NCBI GenBank assembly: GCA_964551725.1
Contig: CAZKED010000002.1
Coordinates: forward strand, 1 to 64,000
Length of the DNA: 64,000 bases
Source of the DNA: an uncultured archaeon
GTDB lineage: Archaea > Iainarchaeota > Iainarchaeia > Iainarchaeales > DTGL01
Reading direction: 5' to 3'
Both the position numbers and the translations under genes were made by a program. Below, one piece after another: positions 40,234-48,030 of this stretch (positions within the stretch are counted from its first letter, which is position 1; every line of letters begins with the position of its first letter). The notes below the pieces were generated by a model. It was not told where the DNA came from, did not search any database, and was given only the letters and a program-made list of their open reading frames with translations.

Positions 40234-41235
40234 CTATGGGAATTGAAACTCACCGGCGCCTTTCTTTTTCAGCGCGATTTCCAGTTCAACCGCGCTTATG
40301 AGGGGCTTTTTCCATTTCATTGCGTCGTCAATTGCGATGCGGGGACAAGCGGTGTTAACAAAGCAGTCAATGTCCATTCCCAGCAACCTGTCCTCCTTTA
40401 TGAGGTCGCCTGCAAGCAGGTAAGCGCGTTTTCCCCTGCTTTCAACCAGGTGCTTTAATTCAAGTGCCCTTTCAAGCATCAGCTGTCCCAGTTTTGTGCT
40501 CACGAGAATGCCGTAGCTCTGCGCTTTCACTGCCTTTGAGATTATTCCCACTCTCTTTTTCAGGAATGCCTCCTTCTCGCTTTCCCTGAATTTTTTAACG
40601 CTTTCGTTCAGCGGGTTGACCATAAAGAGGGGCTTGTTTGAAACAAAGGAAATGCCGAGCGGGTGAAACAAGCCGTCGCCGAAATACACGAATGCGTCCA
40701 CTTTTCCCCTCAGTTTTCTTGCGGCAAACACGTCGCAGCCTAAAACCTGCCCTATTTCCGTTTTTTCCCCTTTTTCCATTTTTACGCTGAATCCCGCTTT
40801 TTCCATTTCCCGTTTCATTTTTGGGAGGTATTCCAAAAACTGCGCCGTGGAAACAAGACCCACTCTTTTGAATTTCCCTTTTTTGAGCATTCGGGAGGTT
40901 TTTTTCACTAGTTCACTGAATTTTCCCTCCCCGAATTTGTACTTCACAGGCACGTAAACGGTGTTCTCGTACTTGAGCATTTCAGTGTGCCCGAAGTGAA
41001 GTATGAGGTCTGCGTTGAATTCCTCCAGTTCGTTCACTGGAATGTCGCATGCCCCGTAGCAGGGGTCTATCAGAACGATTGCTTTCGCGCCGGTGTCGCG
41101 CTCCATTTCCTCGGCAAAATGGGTTGCCTTTCCTTTCAATCCCTCGGGCAACTGTATTATTACCTTCTTTGCCCTTCTTTTCCTTATCTCCCTTTTCGGA
41201 GCGTTCAAATCGAAGACAAGTTCCGCCATATACAC
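40234..41235 (-). CDS. dph2: Diphthamide biosynthesis enzyme Dph2
   Basis: IQLPEGLK, PCYGACD, GQVLGC, TACPRIAIDD. Confidence 0.93.
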   Translation of the reverse strand: MYMAELVFDLNAPKREIRKRRAKKVIIQLPEGLKGKATHFAEEMERDTGAKAIVLIDPCYGACDIPVNELEEFNADLILHFGHTEMLKYENTVYVPVKYKFGEGKFSELVKKTSRMLKKGKFKRVGLVSTAQFLEYLPKMKREMEKAGFSVKMEKGEKTEIGQVLGCDVFAARKLRGKVDAFVYFGDGLFHPLGISFVSNKPLFMVNPLNESVKKFRESEKEAFLKKRVGIISKAVKAQSYGILVSTKLGQLMLERALELKHLVESRGKRAYLLAGDLIKEDRLLGMDIDCFVNTACPRIAIDDAMKWKKPLISAVELEIALKKKGAGEFQFP

Positions 41236-41252
41236 TTTTGGCAGGACAACAA

Positions 41253-43922
41253 TTAAAAAATTTCCATTTGGGGGTTTCCCCTGTTTTCCCTCAGGTTTTC
41301 TAAAATAATGTTCTTTTCCTCGAGCAGTGCCACGCGCTTCATTTGCTGCACCGCGTCAATGTTCGCGCTGACTGAATCAATGCCCATTCTTACAAGCTCT
41401 TTCACCATTTTGGGGTTGCTTGCGGCCTGCCCGCATATGGAGGTTTTCACGCCTGCCTTGCGGCATTCCTTTATCACCCTTTTGATGAGCCCCAGCACGG
41501 CGGGGTGCAGTTCAGAGAAATGCTTTTGAATGCGCTCGTTGTTCCTGTCAATCCCCAGCGTTAACTGCGTCAAATCATTTGTTCCGAATGAAATGAATTT
41601 AATTCCTGTTCCAATCAGCTCTCTTATAACCATTGCCGCAGCGGGCGTTTCAATCATTACCCCGAATTCAACGTCTTTCTCCGGGTCGAGCCCGGCTTCC
41701 CTTGCCACTCCCATTGCCTTTTTCACCTCTTCCGCGGAAATGACAAAGGGGAGCATTATCCCTATATTGCTGTATCCCTGTTCCACAAGCTTTTTAACAG
41801 CCAAAAACTGTGCTTTGAGCAGTTCGGGCTCGTCCAAGTCCCTGCGGATGCCGTGCCATCCTATCATGGGGTTTTCCTCTTCAGGCTCTTTTTCCCCGCC
41901 TTTAAGGTTTCTGTATTCGTCACTCCTTGCATCGAATGTCCTGTACCACACGGGCTTTCCCTTGAACTGCGATACCACTTTTTCAATTCCCTCCTTTATC
42001 GCCTGCACTAATTCATCCTCCCTGCCCATACGGATGAATTCCGCCGGGTGTGTTCCGCTTTCGGTGATCATGTGCTCCGCTCTCAGCAGGCCTACGCCGT
42101 CAGCGCCCGTTCCCGCGGCTTTCTCCGCTGCATCGGGTAGTGCAACGTTAACTTTCACTTTTATTGCCATTTCAGAGAGGAGGTGCTTGAGCATTTTCAC
42201 TTCCTCGTGGAGCATTGCTTTTCCGAGTTCTTCGGCTTTCTTGTCCCCGAATTCTTCTATTATTTTTTTGGCTTCTTCTTCGTGCTTGAGTATTTTTTCC
42301 GTTTCTTCCTCTTCCCTTTGCTGAATTTCCTCTTTTTCCCTCGCTTTTTCTTCTTCCTCCGCTTCTTTCAGCATTTTTTCTCTTTCCTGCTCTGCGCGCA
42401 CCTGTATTACCATTCCCTTCAGCCCGGTTCTGGCTTCCGTAGGCATAACCTGTTTTTCCAGTTCCTCTCTCTGCCCGTTTATTTTTCCCCTTATTATTTC
42501 CTCGAGCAGGTCCACTTCTTTGAGTTTTATCATTTTTTCAACGGTTTTTTCAGGCATTTCAATTTCCACTTTTCCCTGGTACACGTAGCCGGTGTAGCCG
42601 TTCACCGTTACGAGCATTCCGCCTTTCATTTTTTCCGTTGCGTTCCTTGTGCCGACAACGCAGGGTATTCCCAGTTCCCTGCTCACTATTGCAGCATGGC
42701 AGGTGCGCCCGCCTTCATCGGTAATAATAGCCGCGCTCTTTTTCATTATGGGAACCCAGTCGGGGTTGGTCATTTTCGTTACGAGAATGCTTCCCTCCTT
42801 CACTTTTGCCCTGTCCGAAGTGGACGGGACAATGGCAACGTTCCCGGATGCAATTCCCGGAGAAGCAGCCAGCCCGTCTAGGAGGAGGGGTGCGGAAATT
42901 TTGCCCGCTTTTTCCCTTCTCTCCTGCTCCATTTCCACTTTTTCTTTCAGACTCAGGGTGGTGATTGCCCTGCTCTGGAGAATGTACAATTCGCTTCCCC
43001 CTATTGCCCATTCGATGTCCTGCGGGCTTTTGTAGTGCTGTTCTATTTGCCTGCCCAGCGCTGCAATCTCCAGAATTTTTTTGTCCGGCACTTTCTGTTT
43101 TTTCCCCTTTGCTTCGCTTAATGCAATTTCTTCGTTTTTTTTCCCCTTGCGCACCATTTTCCATTTTTGCTGTCTAACGCTTTTTTCAAGGATTTTCATT
43201 TTTCCCTTGTCCACAACATAGGTGTCCGGCGTAATGCTTCCTGAAACAATCGCCTCACCCAAGCCGAAGCCTGCCTCGATTATTATTTTGCTTTCGTCTC
43301 CTGTGGGGTCGGCTGTGAACATTACCCCGCTTGAGTCAGCTTCAACCATTTTCTGCACTATTACCGCAATGCCCACCTTTCTTGTTCCAAAGCCCTTCTT
43401 TTTCCTGTAATAGGTGGCGCGTGCAGTGAAAAGGGAAGCCCAGCAGTTTTTTACCGCGCGGATGAGTTCCTCTTTCCCTATTACGTTCAAGTAGGTTTCC
43501 TGCTGCCCTGCAAAGCTTGCCCCCGGAAGGTCTTCCGCTGTGGCGGAACTTCGCACTGCAACATATTGCTGTTGTGAGGAAGTTAACCAGGCGAGTCTTT
43601 CCTCTCCGAGTTTCGAGTATGCAATGAGAATTTCATTCCTCAGTTCATCGTTCATTTTTGTTTTTTTAATCAGTGCGCGGACTTCGGCTGTAGAGTTTTC
43701 CAGCTGTTCCGTGTTTTCCACGTTGATTGAGTCGATTTTTCTTATTATTTCCTCTTTTATCCCTGTTTCTTCAATGAATTTGAAATAGGCCCGCGAGGTT
43801 ACAATGAATCCCGGGGGGAGCGGAAAGTTCGCGTTCGCCAGCTCGCCCAAATTTGCGCCTTTTCCTCCCACGGAGCTTATGTGTTTTGCCCCCACTTCCC
43901 TGAACCAGGCAATGTTCTCCAT
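41253..43922 (-). CDS. ppsA: Phosphoenolpyruvate synthase (pyruvate, water dikinase)
   Basis: VGGKGANLGE, VRSSATAED...SFAGQQET, GGRTCHAAIVSRELG, SFGTNDLTQ, ICGQ. Confidence 0.95.
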   Translation of the reverse strand: MENIAWFREVGAKHISSVGGKGANLGELANANFPLPPGFIVTSRAYFKFIEETGIKEEIIRKIDSINVENTEQLENSTAEVRALIKKTKMNDELRNEILIAYSKLGEERLAWLTSSQQQYVAVRSSATAEDLPGASFAGQQETYLNVIGKEELIRAVKNCWASLFTARATYYRKKKGFGTRKVGIAVIVQKMVEADSSGVMFTADPTGDESKIIIEAGFGLGEAIVSGSITPDTYVVDKGKMKILEKSVRQQKWKMVRKGKKNEEIALSEAKGKKQKVPDKKILEIAALGRQIEQHYKSPQDIEWAIGGSELYILQSRAITTLSLKEKVEMEQERREKAGKISAPLLLDGLAASPGIASGNVAIVPSTSDRAKVKEGSILVTKMTNPDWVPIMKKSAAIITDEGGRTCHAAIVSRELGIPCVVGTRNATEKMKGGMLVTVNGYTGYVYQGKVEIEMPEKTVEKMIKLKEVDLLEEIIRGKINGQREELEKQVMPTEARTGLKGMVIQVRAEQEREKMLKEAEEEEKAREKEEIQQREEEETEKILKHEEEAKKIIEEFGDKKAEELGKAMLHEEVKMLKHLLSEMAIKVKVNVALPDAAEKAAGTGADGVGLLRAEHMITESGTHPAEFIRMGREDELVQAIKEGIEKVVSQFKGKPVWYRTFDARSDEYRNLKGGEKEPEEENPMIGWHGIRRDLDEPELLKAQFLAVKKLVEQGYSNIGIMLPFVISAEEVKKAMGVAREAGLDPEKDVEFGVMIETPAAAMVIRELIGTGIKFISFGTNDLTQLTLGIDRNNERIQKHFSELHPAVLGLIKRVIKECRKAGVKTSICGQAASNPKMVKELVRMGIDSVSANIDAVQQMKRVALLEEKNIILENLRENRGNPQMEIF

Positions 43923-44030
43923 TTTTACCTTTATTAGAAAGGGACTTGGGGTTTATTAATTTATCGCGGAATTTTTCGGAATGCGACAGAATTAGCTTGC
44001 ATAATTTCTTTGAGGAATTTCTTCAAGGGA

Positions 44031-44795
44031 TTATTTCTTTTCCTCTTTTCCTTCTTCCTTTTTCTCCTCCCTTGCTTCTTTGCCTCCTTCTTTCTTTTCC
44101 TCTTTGCCTTCCTCTTTCTTTTCGGCTTTTTCCTCCGGCTTCTTTGCCTTTCCTTCTTCCTCTTCTTCTTCCGCTTTCTTTTCCTCTTCCTCTGCCTTCT
44201 CTTCTTCTTCGGCTTTCTTTTCAGCCATTTCAATTTTTACTGCGCGTGGTCTTGTTCCAATGGATTCAACGTCAGTGTGCACGTTCACTTTTATTTTAAA
44301 CGGCAGTTTTGCTCTCGCTCTTGCCAGTGCTTCCCCCGCGGTCTCGATGTGCTCTTCGTCCACCAGCACGCTCAGTATTACCTGTCCTTTTCGCACCCTT
44401 GCCGCTCTTCCAATGGCTTTCCCGAAAGAGTGGCTCATTCCCTGCGAAACCCTGTCGGCGCCGGCGCCCTGCGCCTGCTTGTTCTCCCTCAACACCTGGT
44501 AGGGGAAAATGCGTATGCGCATGAAATAACCCTCCTTTCCCAGGTGGTTTTGCAAGTACCGGTTGACCAGCATCCTCGTCGCTTCTATTGCGTTGTCCCT
44601 CACCTGCACTTTTTCCTCGCAGACAAGGTCAACAATATGCGAGAATTCCCTCGCCGGATTGCCCATGTTGAACTGCCGTATGCGCAGTGCGGGATTCGCA
44701 CCCACGTAATTCTTCCTGTGCTTTGTTATGGCGATGCGTGTAAAAGCACGGTCCTTCTCGGAATCCCTGTAGCATTTCGCGGGTCTCAACCCCAT
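44031..44795 (-). CDS. rpl10e: 50S ribosomal protein L10e (uL16) with long Glu/Lys tail
   Basis: MGLRPAKCYR, LRENK...GAGADRVSQGM..SFGK.IGRAAR, AKLP. Confidence 0.95.
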   Translation of the reverse strand: MGLRPAKCYRDSEKDRAFTRIAITKHRKNYVGANPALRIRQFNMGNPAREFSHIVDLVCEEKVQVRDNAIEATRMLVNRYLQNHLGKEGYFMRIRIFPYQVLRENKQAQGAGADRVSQGMSHSFGKAIGRAARVRKGQVILSVLVDEEHIETAGEALARARAKLPFKIKVNVHTDVESIGTRPRAVKIEMAEKKAEEEEKAEEEEKKAEEEEEEGKAKKPEEKAEKKEEGKEEKKEGGKEAREEKKEEGKEEKK

Positions 44796-44967
44796 AAAAA
44801 ACACCTTAATCGCAATATTAAGCGAAATTACGCCTGTTAGAAAAAGCGCAATATAAGAGATTTCACACCATGGATTTAAAAAGGTTATGGAGTCCTTTTG
44901 CGGCTTTCCTGGTTCCTTTTATTTTTCCCACTCTTTCTTGACTGCTGCGGAAAACCGAAAGGCATTC

Positions 44968-45627
44968 TCAAGCGGGCTTTGCCCTCCGCCTTCTCCGCTT
45001 GAAGCCCCGTTTCATTGCCTCAGTTCTTGCAATATGCCCTATGAAGCCGGGGTCATGGCTGGATAGGCGGAGAATGAATGGATCAGCAAGCAGTGCCTTT
45101 CTCCCTTCTCGGGGGACCCATTTGGGAATCCGCTCGGAAACAATTCTCCTTTTTGCCGCCTGGAACCTGTCTATCGCCCTGTGAGTGCATTCGGCGTTGC
45201 TTTGTCCCACAAGCATTGAGGCTGAAATGAGCTTGGCCGCATCCCCTTTCCTATCAAACCCGTATCTGTCCCTTGCAATAGTGAAAGCGGTGTCAATCCT
45301 CCCCTGGATACTCTCGGATGTAACGGGTCTCACTCCAGGATTTCTTCCGAGCCTCAGGGCTTCAAGTGAGAAAACACCTCTGCAGAGCTCCATGCATTTT
45401 GCTTCTCTCAGGCCATGTTCCCGGAGAGTGCTTATTTTTTCCCGTACGGCCTCCATTTGCTCTAGGTTCATCATTTGCATCAGCGCCCTCCAGCCGCGGG
45501 AGCCCAATTCGTTGCGGAGTGCAATGCGGAAATCGCCTTCTTTGAACCCAAGGGACAGAAAGAAATCCCTCTTTTTATTCCAGTCGCCGATGCCAAGTCC
45601 TTCGGCAGTTTCAGCGTCCCTGCGCAT
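44968..45627 (-). CDS. Orphan Arg-rich hypothetical protein
   Basis: 219-aa ORF with basic C-terminus (KRRRRRAKPA); no recognised motif. Confidence 0.55.
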   Translation of the reverse strand: MRRDAETAEGLGIGDWNKKRDFFLSLGFKEGDFRIALRNELGSRGWRALMQMMNLEQMEAVREKISTLREHGLREAKCMELCRGVFSLEALRLGRNPGVRPVTSESIQGRIDTAFTIARDRYGFDRKGDAAKLISASMLVGQSNAECTHRAIDRFQAAKRRIVSERIPKWVPREGRKALLADPFILRLSSHDPGFIGHIARTEAMKRGFKRRRRRAKPA

Positions 45628-45688
45628 ATAAAATTTGACCCTCTTAATGTTTTAATAATTTTCTATTCCCTTGGAGGGCAAAAATACA

Positions 45689-45941
45689 AAAAGCGGGAGG
45701 CGGAAGTCGAATCCGCTTCTCCCGGTTCCTGCCGGCCCTTTCTTTTAGGAAAAGAAAGGGTACGCTGCCCAAAGAAAAACAAGATTCAGGACAAATGGAA
45801 TAATTCCGTTTCCCCTGAAACTCCTTTTTTTCCAGTTTTTTTTCTGAAACTCCTTTTTCTTTTGCAACGTGCTTTTCTTTTTTGGAAAAAGAAAAGCCGG
45901 ACTGCAGCCGGGTGCATGACCGTTCTGCCACTCCCGCTTTT
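45689..45941. repeat. Long imperfect inverted-repeat (foldback) element
   Basis: AAAAGCGGGAG...CTCCCGCTTTT ends, two mirrored perfect hairpins, and mirrored internal arms. Confidence 0.65.
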
Positions 45942-45974
45942 CTCAGGGTTCTAAATATTTGGACTGGAATTGTT

Positions 45975-46832
45975 TTAATTGTTTTCTAATCCCTCCGTGA
46001 AGGAAAACAATTCTGTTGAATAATACCTATTCCATGAATCCGGCAGTATTGTAATTGTGTTTCCCTTTCCGTATTTCCTTGCAGCGTAATAATTGGCACC
46101 GGAGCTTATTCCGGATAGAACGCCTTTTTCCCTGACCAAAAAGCGGGCGCTTTCAATTGCCCTGCGGCTCGAAACACGAGCAATCCTGTCCGCTGTTCCC
46201 GCGGGAACGATTTTTTTGGAATAATCCCGCCTCAGTCCCTCTATTCCCCTGTCCTTTTCCTTTGGAATCACGCCGATTATTTCCGCCTGCGGGAATTTCT
46301 CCCTTATTCTCCGACCGATTCCCGCAAGCGTTCCGCCGGTGCCTGTGCTGGCAACAAACGTGCTGATTTTCCCGGGGAACTGTCCGAGTATTTCCCTGCC
46401 GGTGCCCAAATAGTGCGCTAAGGGGTTGAGCGGGCTTTCAAACTGGTTCAAGTAATAAAAGCCCTTTTTTCTGCCCCATTCTTTTGCGAGCGCATCCGCT
46501 TCCTCCCGCGTTTCAGTAAGCTCCAGTTCCGCGCCCAGCAGTTCAATCATTTTTTTCCTCTCCGCGCTCGCGCTCCGTGGCATGAAAATTTTCGCCCTCA
46601 CCCCAAAAAGCGGAGCCAGGTATGCAAGGGATATTCCTGTGTTGCCGCTTGTCGCTTCCGTTACAATTGTTCCCTTTTCCAGTTCGCCGTTCTCCGCGGC
46701 TTTCCCGAGCAGGAATTCGACCACTCTGTCCTTAATGCTCCCGCTCGGATTCAAAAATTCCGCTTTTGCAAACACGCTTCCGCCAAGTTCAAGCAGGGGG
46801 GTGTTTCCAACAGGAAGCGCTTCTTCGGTCAT
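45975..46832 (-). CDS. cysK: Cysteine synthase (O-acetylserine sulfhydrylase family, PLP)
   Basis: GNTPL, KAEFLNPSGSIKDR, EATSGNTG, GTGGT, GISSGAN, D...RYYST. Confidence 0.88.
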   Translation of the reverse strand: MTEEALPVGNTPLLELGGSVFAKAEFLNPSGSIKDRVVEFLLGKAAENGELEKGTIVTEATSGNTGISLAYLAPLFGVRAKIFMPRSASAERKKMIELLGAELELTETREEADALAKEWGRKKGFYYLNQFESPLNPLAHYLGTGREILGQFPGKISTFVASTGTGGTLAGIGRRIREKFPQAEIIGVIPKEKDRGIEGLRRDYSKKIVPAGTADRIARVSSRRAIESARFLVREKGVLSGISSGANYYAARKYGKGNTITILPDSWNRYYSTELFSFTEGLENN

Positions 46833-47057
46833 TCCTCAAGACCTCCGGCAAAGTAGAGTTTTTCCCTCAAATCATTGCAATTCGGCTTTTCTTTTACAGC
46901 GCCTGCCTCGAAAAGCCTTGCAAGGTTATAGCGAACAGTTCTTTCGGGCATTCCTGTGAGGGAAACAATTCTTTTCTGGGAAAGAGGTCCGTGCAGTTTT
47001 ATGGCTAAAAAAATCAGTTCAGCTTTTTCCGATAAGGCAAAGTGAATCCCCTTTCAT
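46829..47057 (-). CDS. Small MarR-like wHTH regulator, readable from ATG 47057 only via a +1 shift at CTT-TGC (47042-47037)
   Basis: +1 frame reads ALSEKAELIFLAIKLHGPLSQKRIVSLTGMPERTVRYNLARLFEAGAVKEKPNCNDLREKLYFAGGLEE*. Its stop overlaps the cysK ATG (ATGA). Frame 0 reads MKGDSLCLIGKS*. Confidence 0.75.
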
Positions 47058-47072
47058 TGCCACCACATAATT

Positions 47073-47089
47073 ATATTGGTTTCCAATAT
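47073..47089. promoter_or_regulatory. Perfect palindromic operator-like site between divergent genes
   Basis: ATATTGG-TTT-CCAATAT, overlapping TATA-like boxes on both strands. Confidence 0.6.
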
Positions 47090-47100
47090 TTAAATTCCTT

Positions 47101-48003
47101 ATGATAGCGGCAAACGTTCTCCTCCTGAAGCCCTCTCCCTCCATTTTCCTAAAGAGCGAAAGGGTGAAGCAGTATTTCAATTCAAAGCTCCGTGAAAACA
47201 TTAAAACCGCGTTGCACAATTCGGGAGAGCGCGGTTTCTCCCTCGAGCAAGGGCGCGGGCGCCTATTCCTCCGCTCCGCTGACATTAAAAAAAGCTCGGA
47301 AGTGCTGCGCAGGGTATTCGGCCTGCATTCCCTGGCTCCCGCATTCGAATTCAGCGCTGGAACGCTACAGGAAATAGTGGATAACTCCCTTGGTTTCGCG
47401 GAAGGCCGGTTTGAAAACATTAAAACTTTCGCAGTGCGCGCCTCCCGCTCAGGCGAACAAGCATTCACTTCACAGGAGCTGGAAAGAAAGCTCGGAGCTG
47501 AATTGCTCTCGTGGTTCCTTCACTTAAAGGTTGATTTGACCAAACCGGAAAAAACATTTTTCCTCGAATTGCGGGGAGAAAAAGGATATTGTTATGTAGA
47601 AGAAATTCCTTGTTTTGGCGGACTGCCGCAGGGCGTTGAAGGTTTTGTAGGCGTATTCTTTGAGGGCAAGCCGGAAGAACTCGTTGCGGGCTGGCTTTTA
47701 ATGAAGCGCGGCTGCAACATTTTTCCCATTGTTCCGCGCACAACAAAAAAAATGGAGAAGCATCTTTCTGCTTTAGTGCCCTGGAACCGCGGAATGAGGT
47801 TTTCGCTTACTCCGCAGGGGAAGCTTTCCGCGCTCGCCGAAGAGCGCGGCTTGTCCGCTCTGGCGCGAGCCGATACCGCCGTGACAAAAAAGGCTTTCAA
47901 GGAATACAGGGCATTTGATTCAAAAATGCCGTTGCCCGTGTTCAGGCCGTTGCTTTTCCACTCCGCGGAATGGGTGAAAAAAGCCGCAAGCACTATAAAA
48001 TGA
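47101..48003 (+). CDS. ThiI-like THUMP-domain protein with degenerate PP-loop
   Basis: IFLKS..V..YF..KL..NI, RVFG, TFAVRASRSG, KVDLTKPE, GGLPQG, AGWLLMKRGC, VFRPL; lacks SGGxDS. Confidence 0.8.
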   Translation: MIAANVLLLKPSPSIFLKSERVKQYFNSKLRENIKTALHNSGERGFSLEQGRGRLFLRSADIKKSSEVLRRVFGLHSLAPAFEFSAGTLQEIVDNSLGFAEGRFENIKTFAVRASRSGEQAFTSQELERKLGAELLSWFLHLKVDLTKPEKTFFLELRGEKGYCYVEEIPCFGGLPQGVEGFVGVFFEGKPEELVAGWLLMKRGCNIFPIVPRTTKKMEKHLSALVPWNRGMRFSLTPQGKLSALAEERGLSALARADTAVTKKAFKEYRAFDSKMPLPVFRPLLFHSAEWVKKAASTIK

Positions 48004-48030
48004 TTCTGACACAGTTTTTTAGGTGCGCTT

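Noticed and set aside
42170-42556. Possible intein in ppsA
   Set aside because: No C/S start, no HN-C/S/T end, no LAGLIDADG motifs.
43946-44840. Long Phe/Leu/Ser-rich ORFs opposite uL16 (also opposite top6, ppsA, rrp41, eL43)
   Set aside because: Antisense shadows of A/G-rich Glu/Lys codons.
47019-47468. 149-aa minus-strand ORF in the track
   Set aside because: Mostly antisense to the thiI-like gene. Only its last 12 codons (MKGDSLCLIGKS) are considered meaningful, as the leader ORF.
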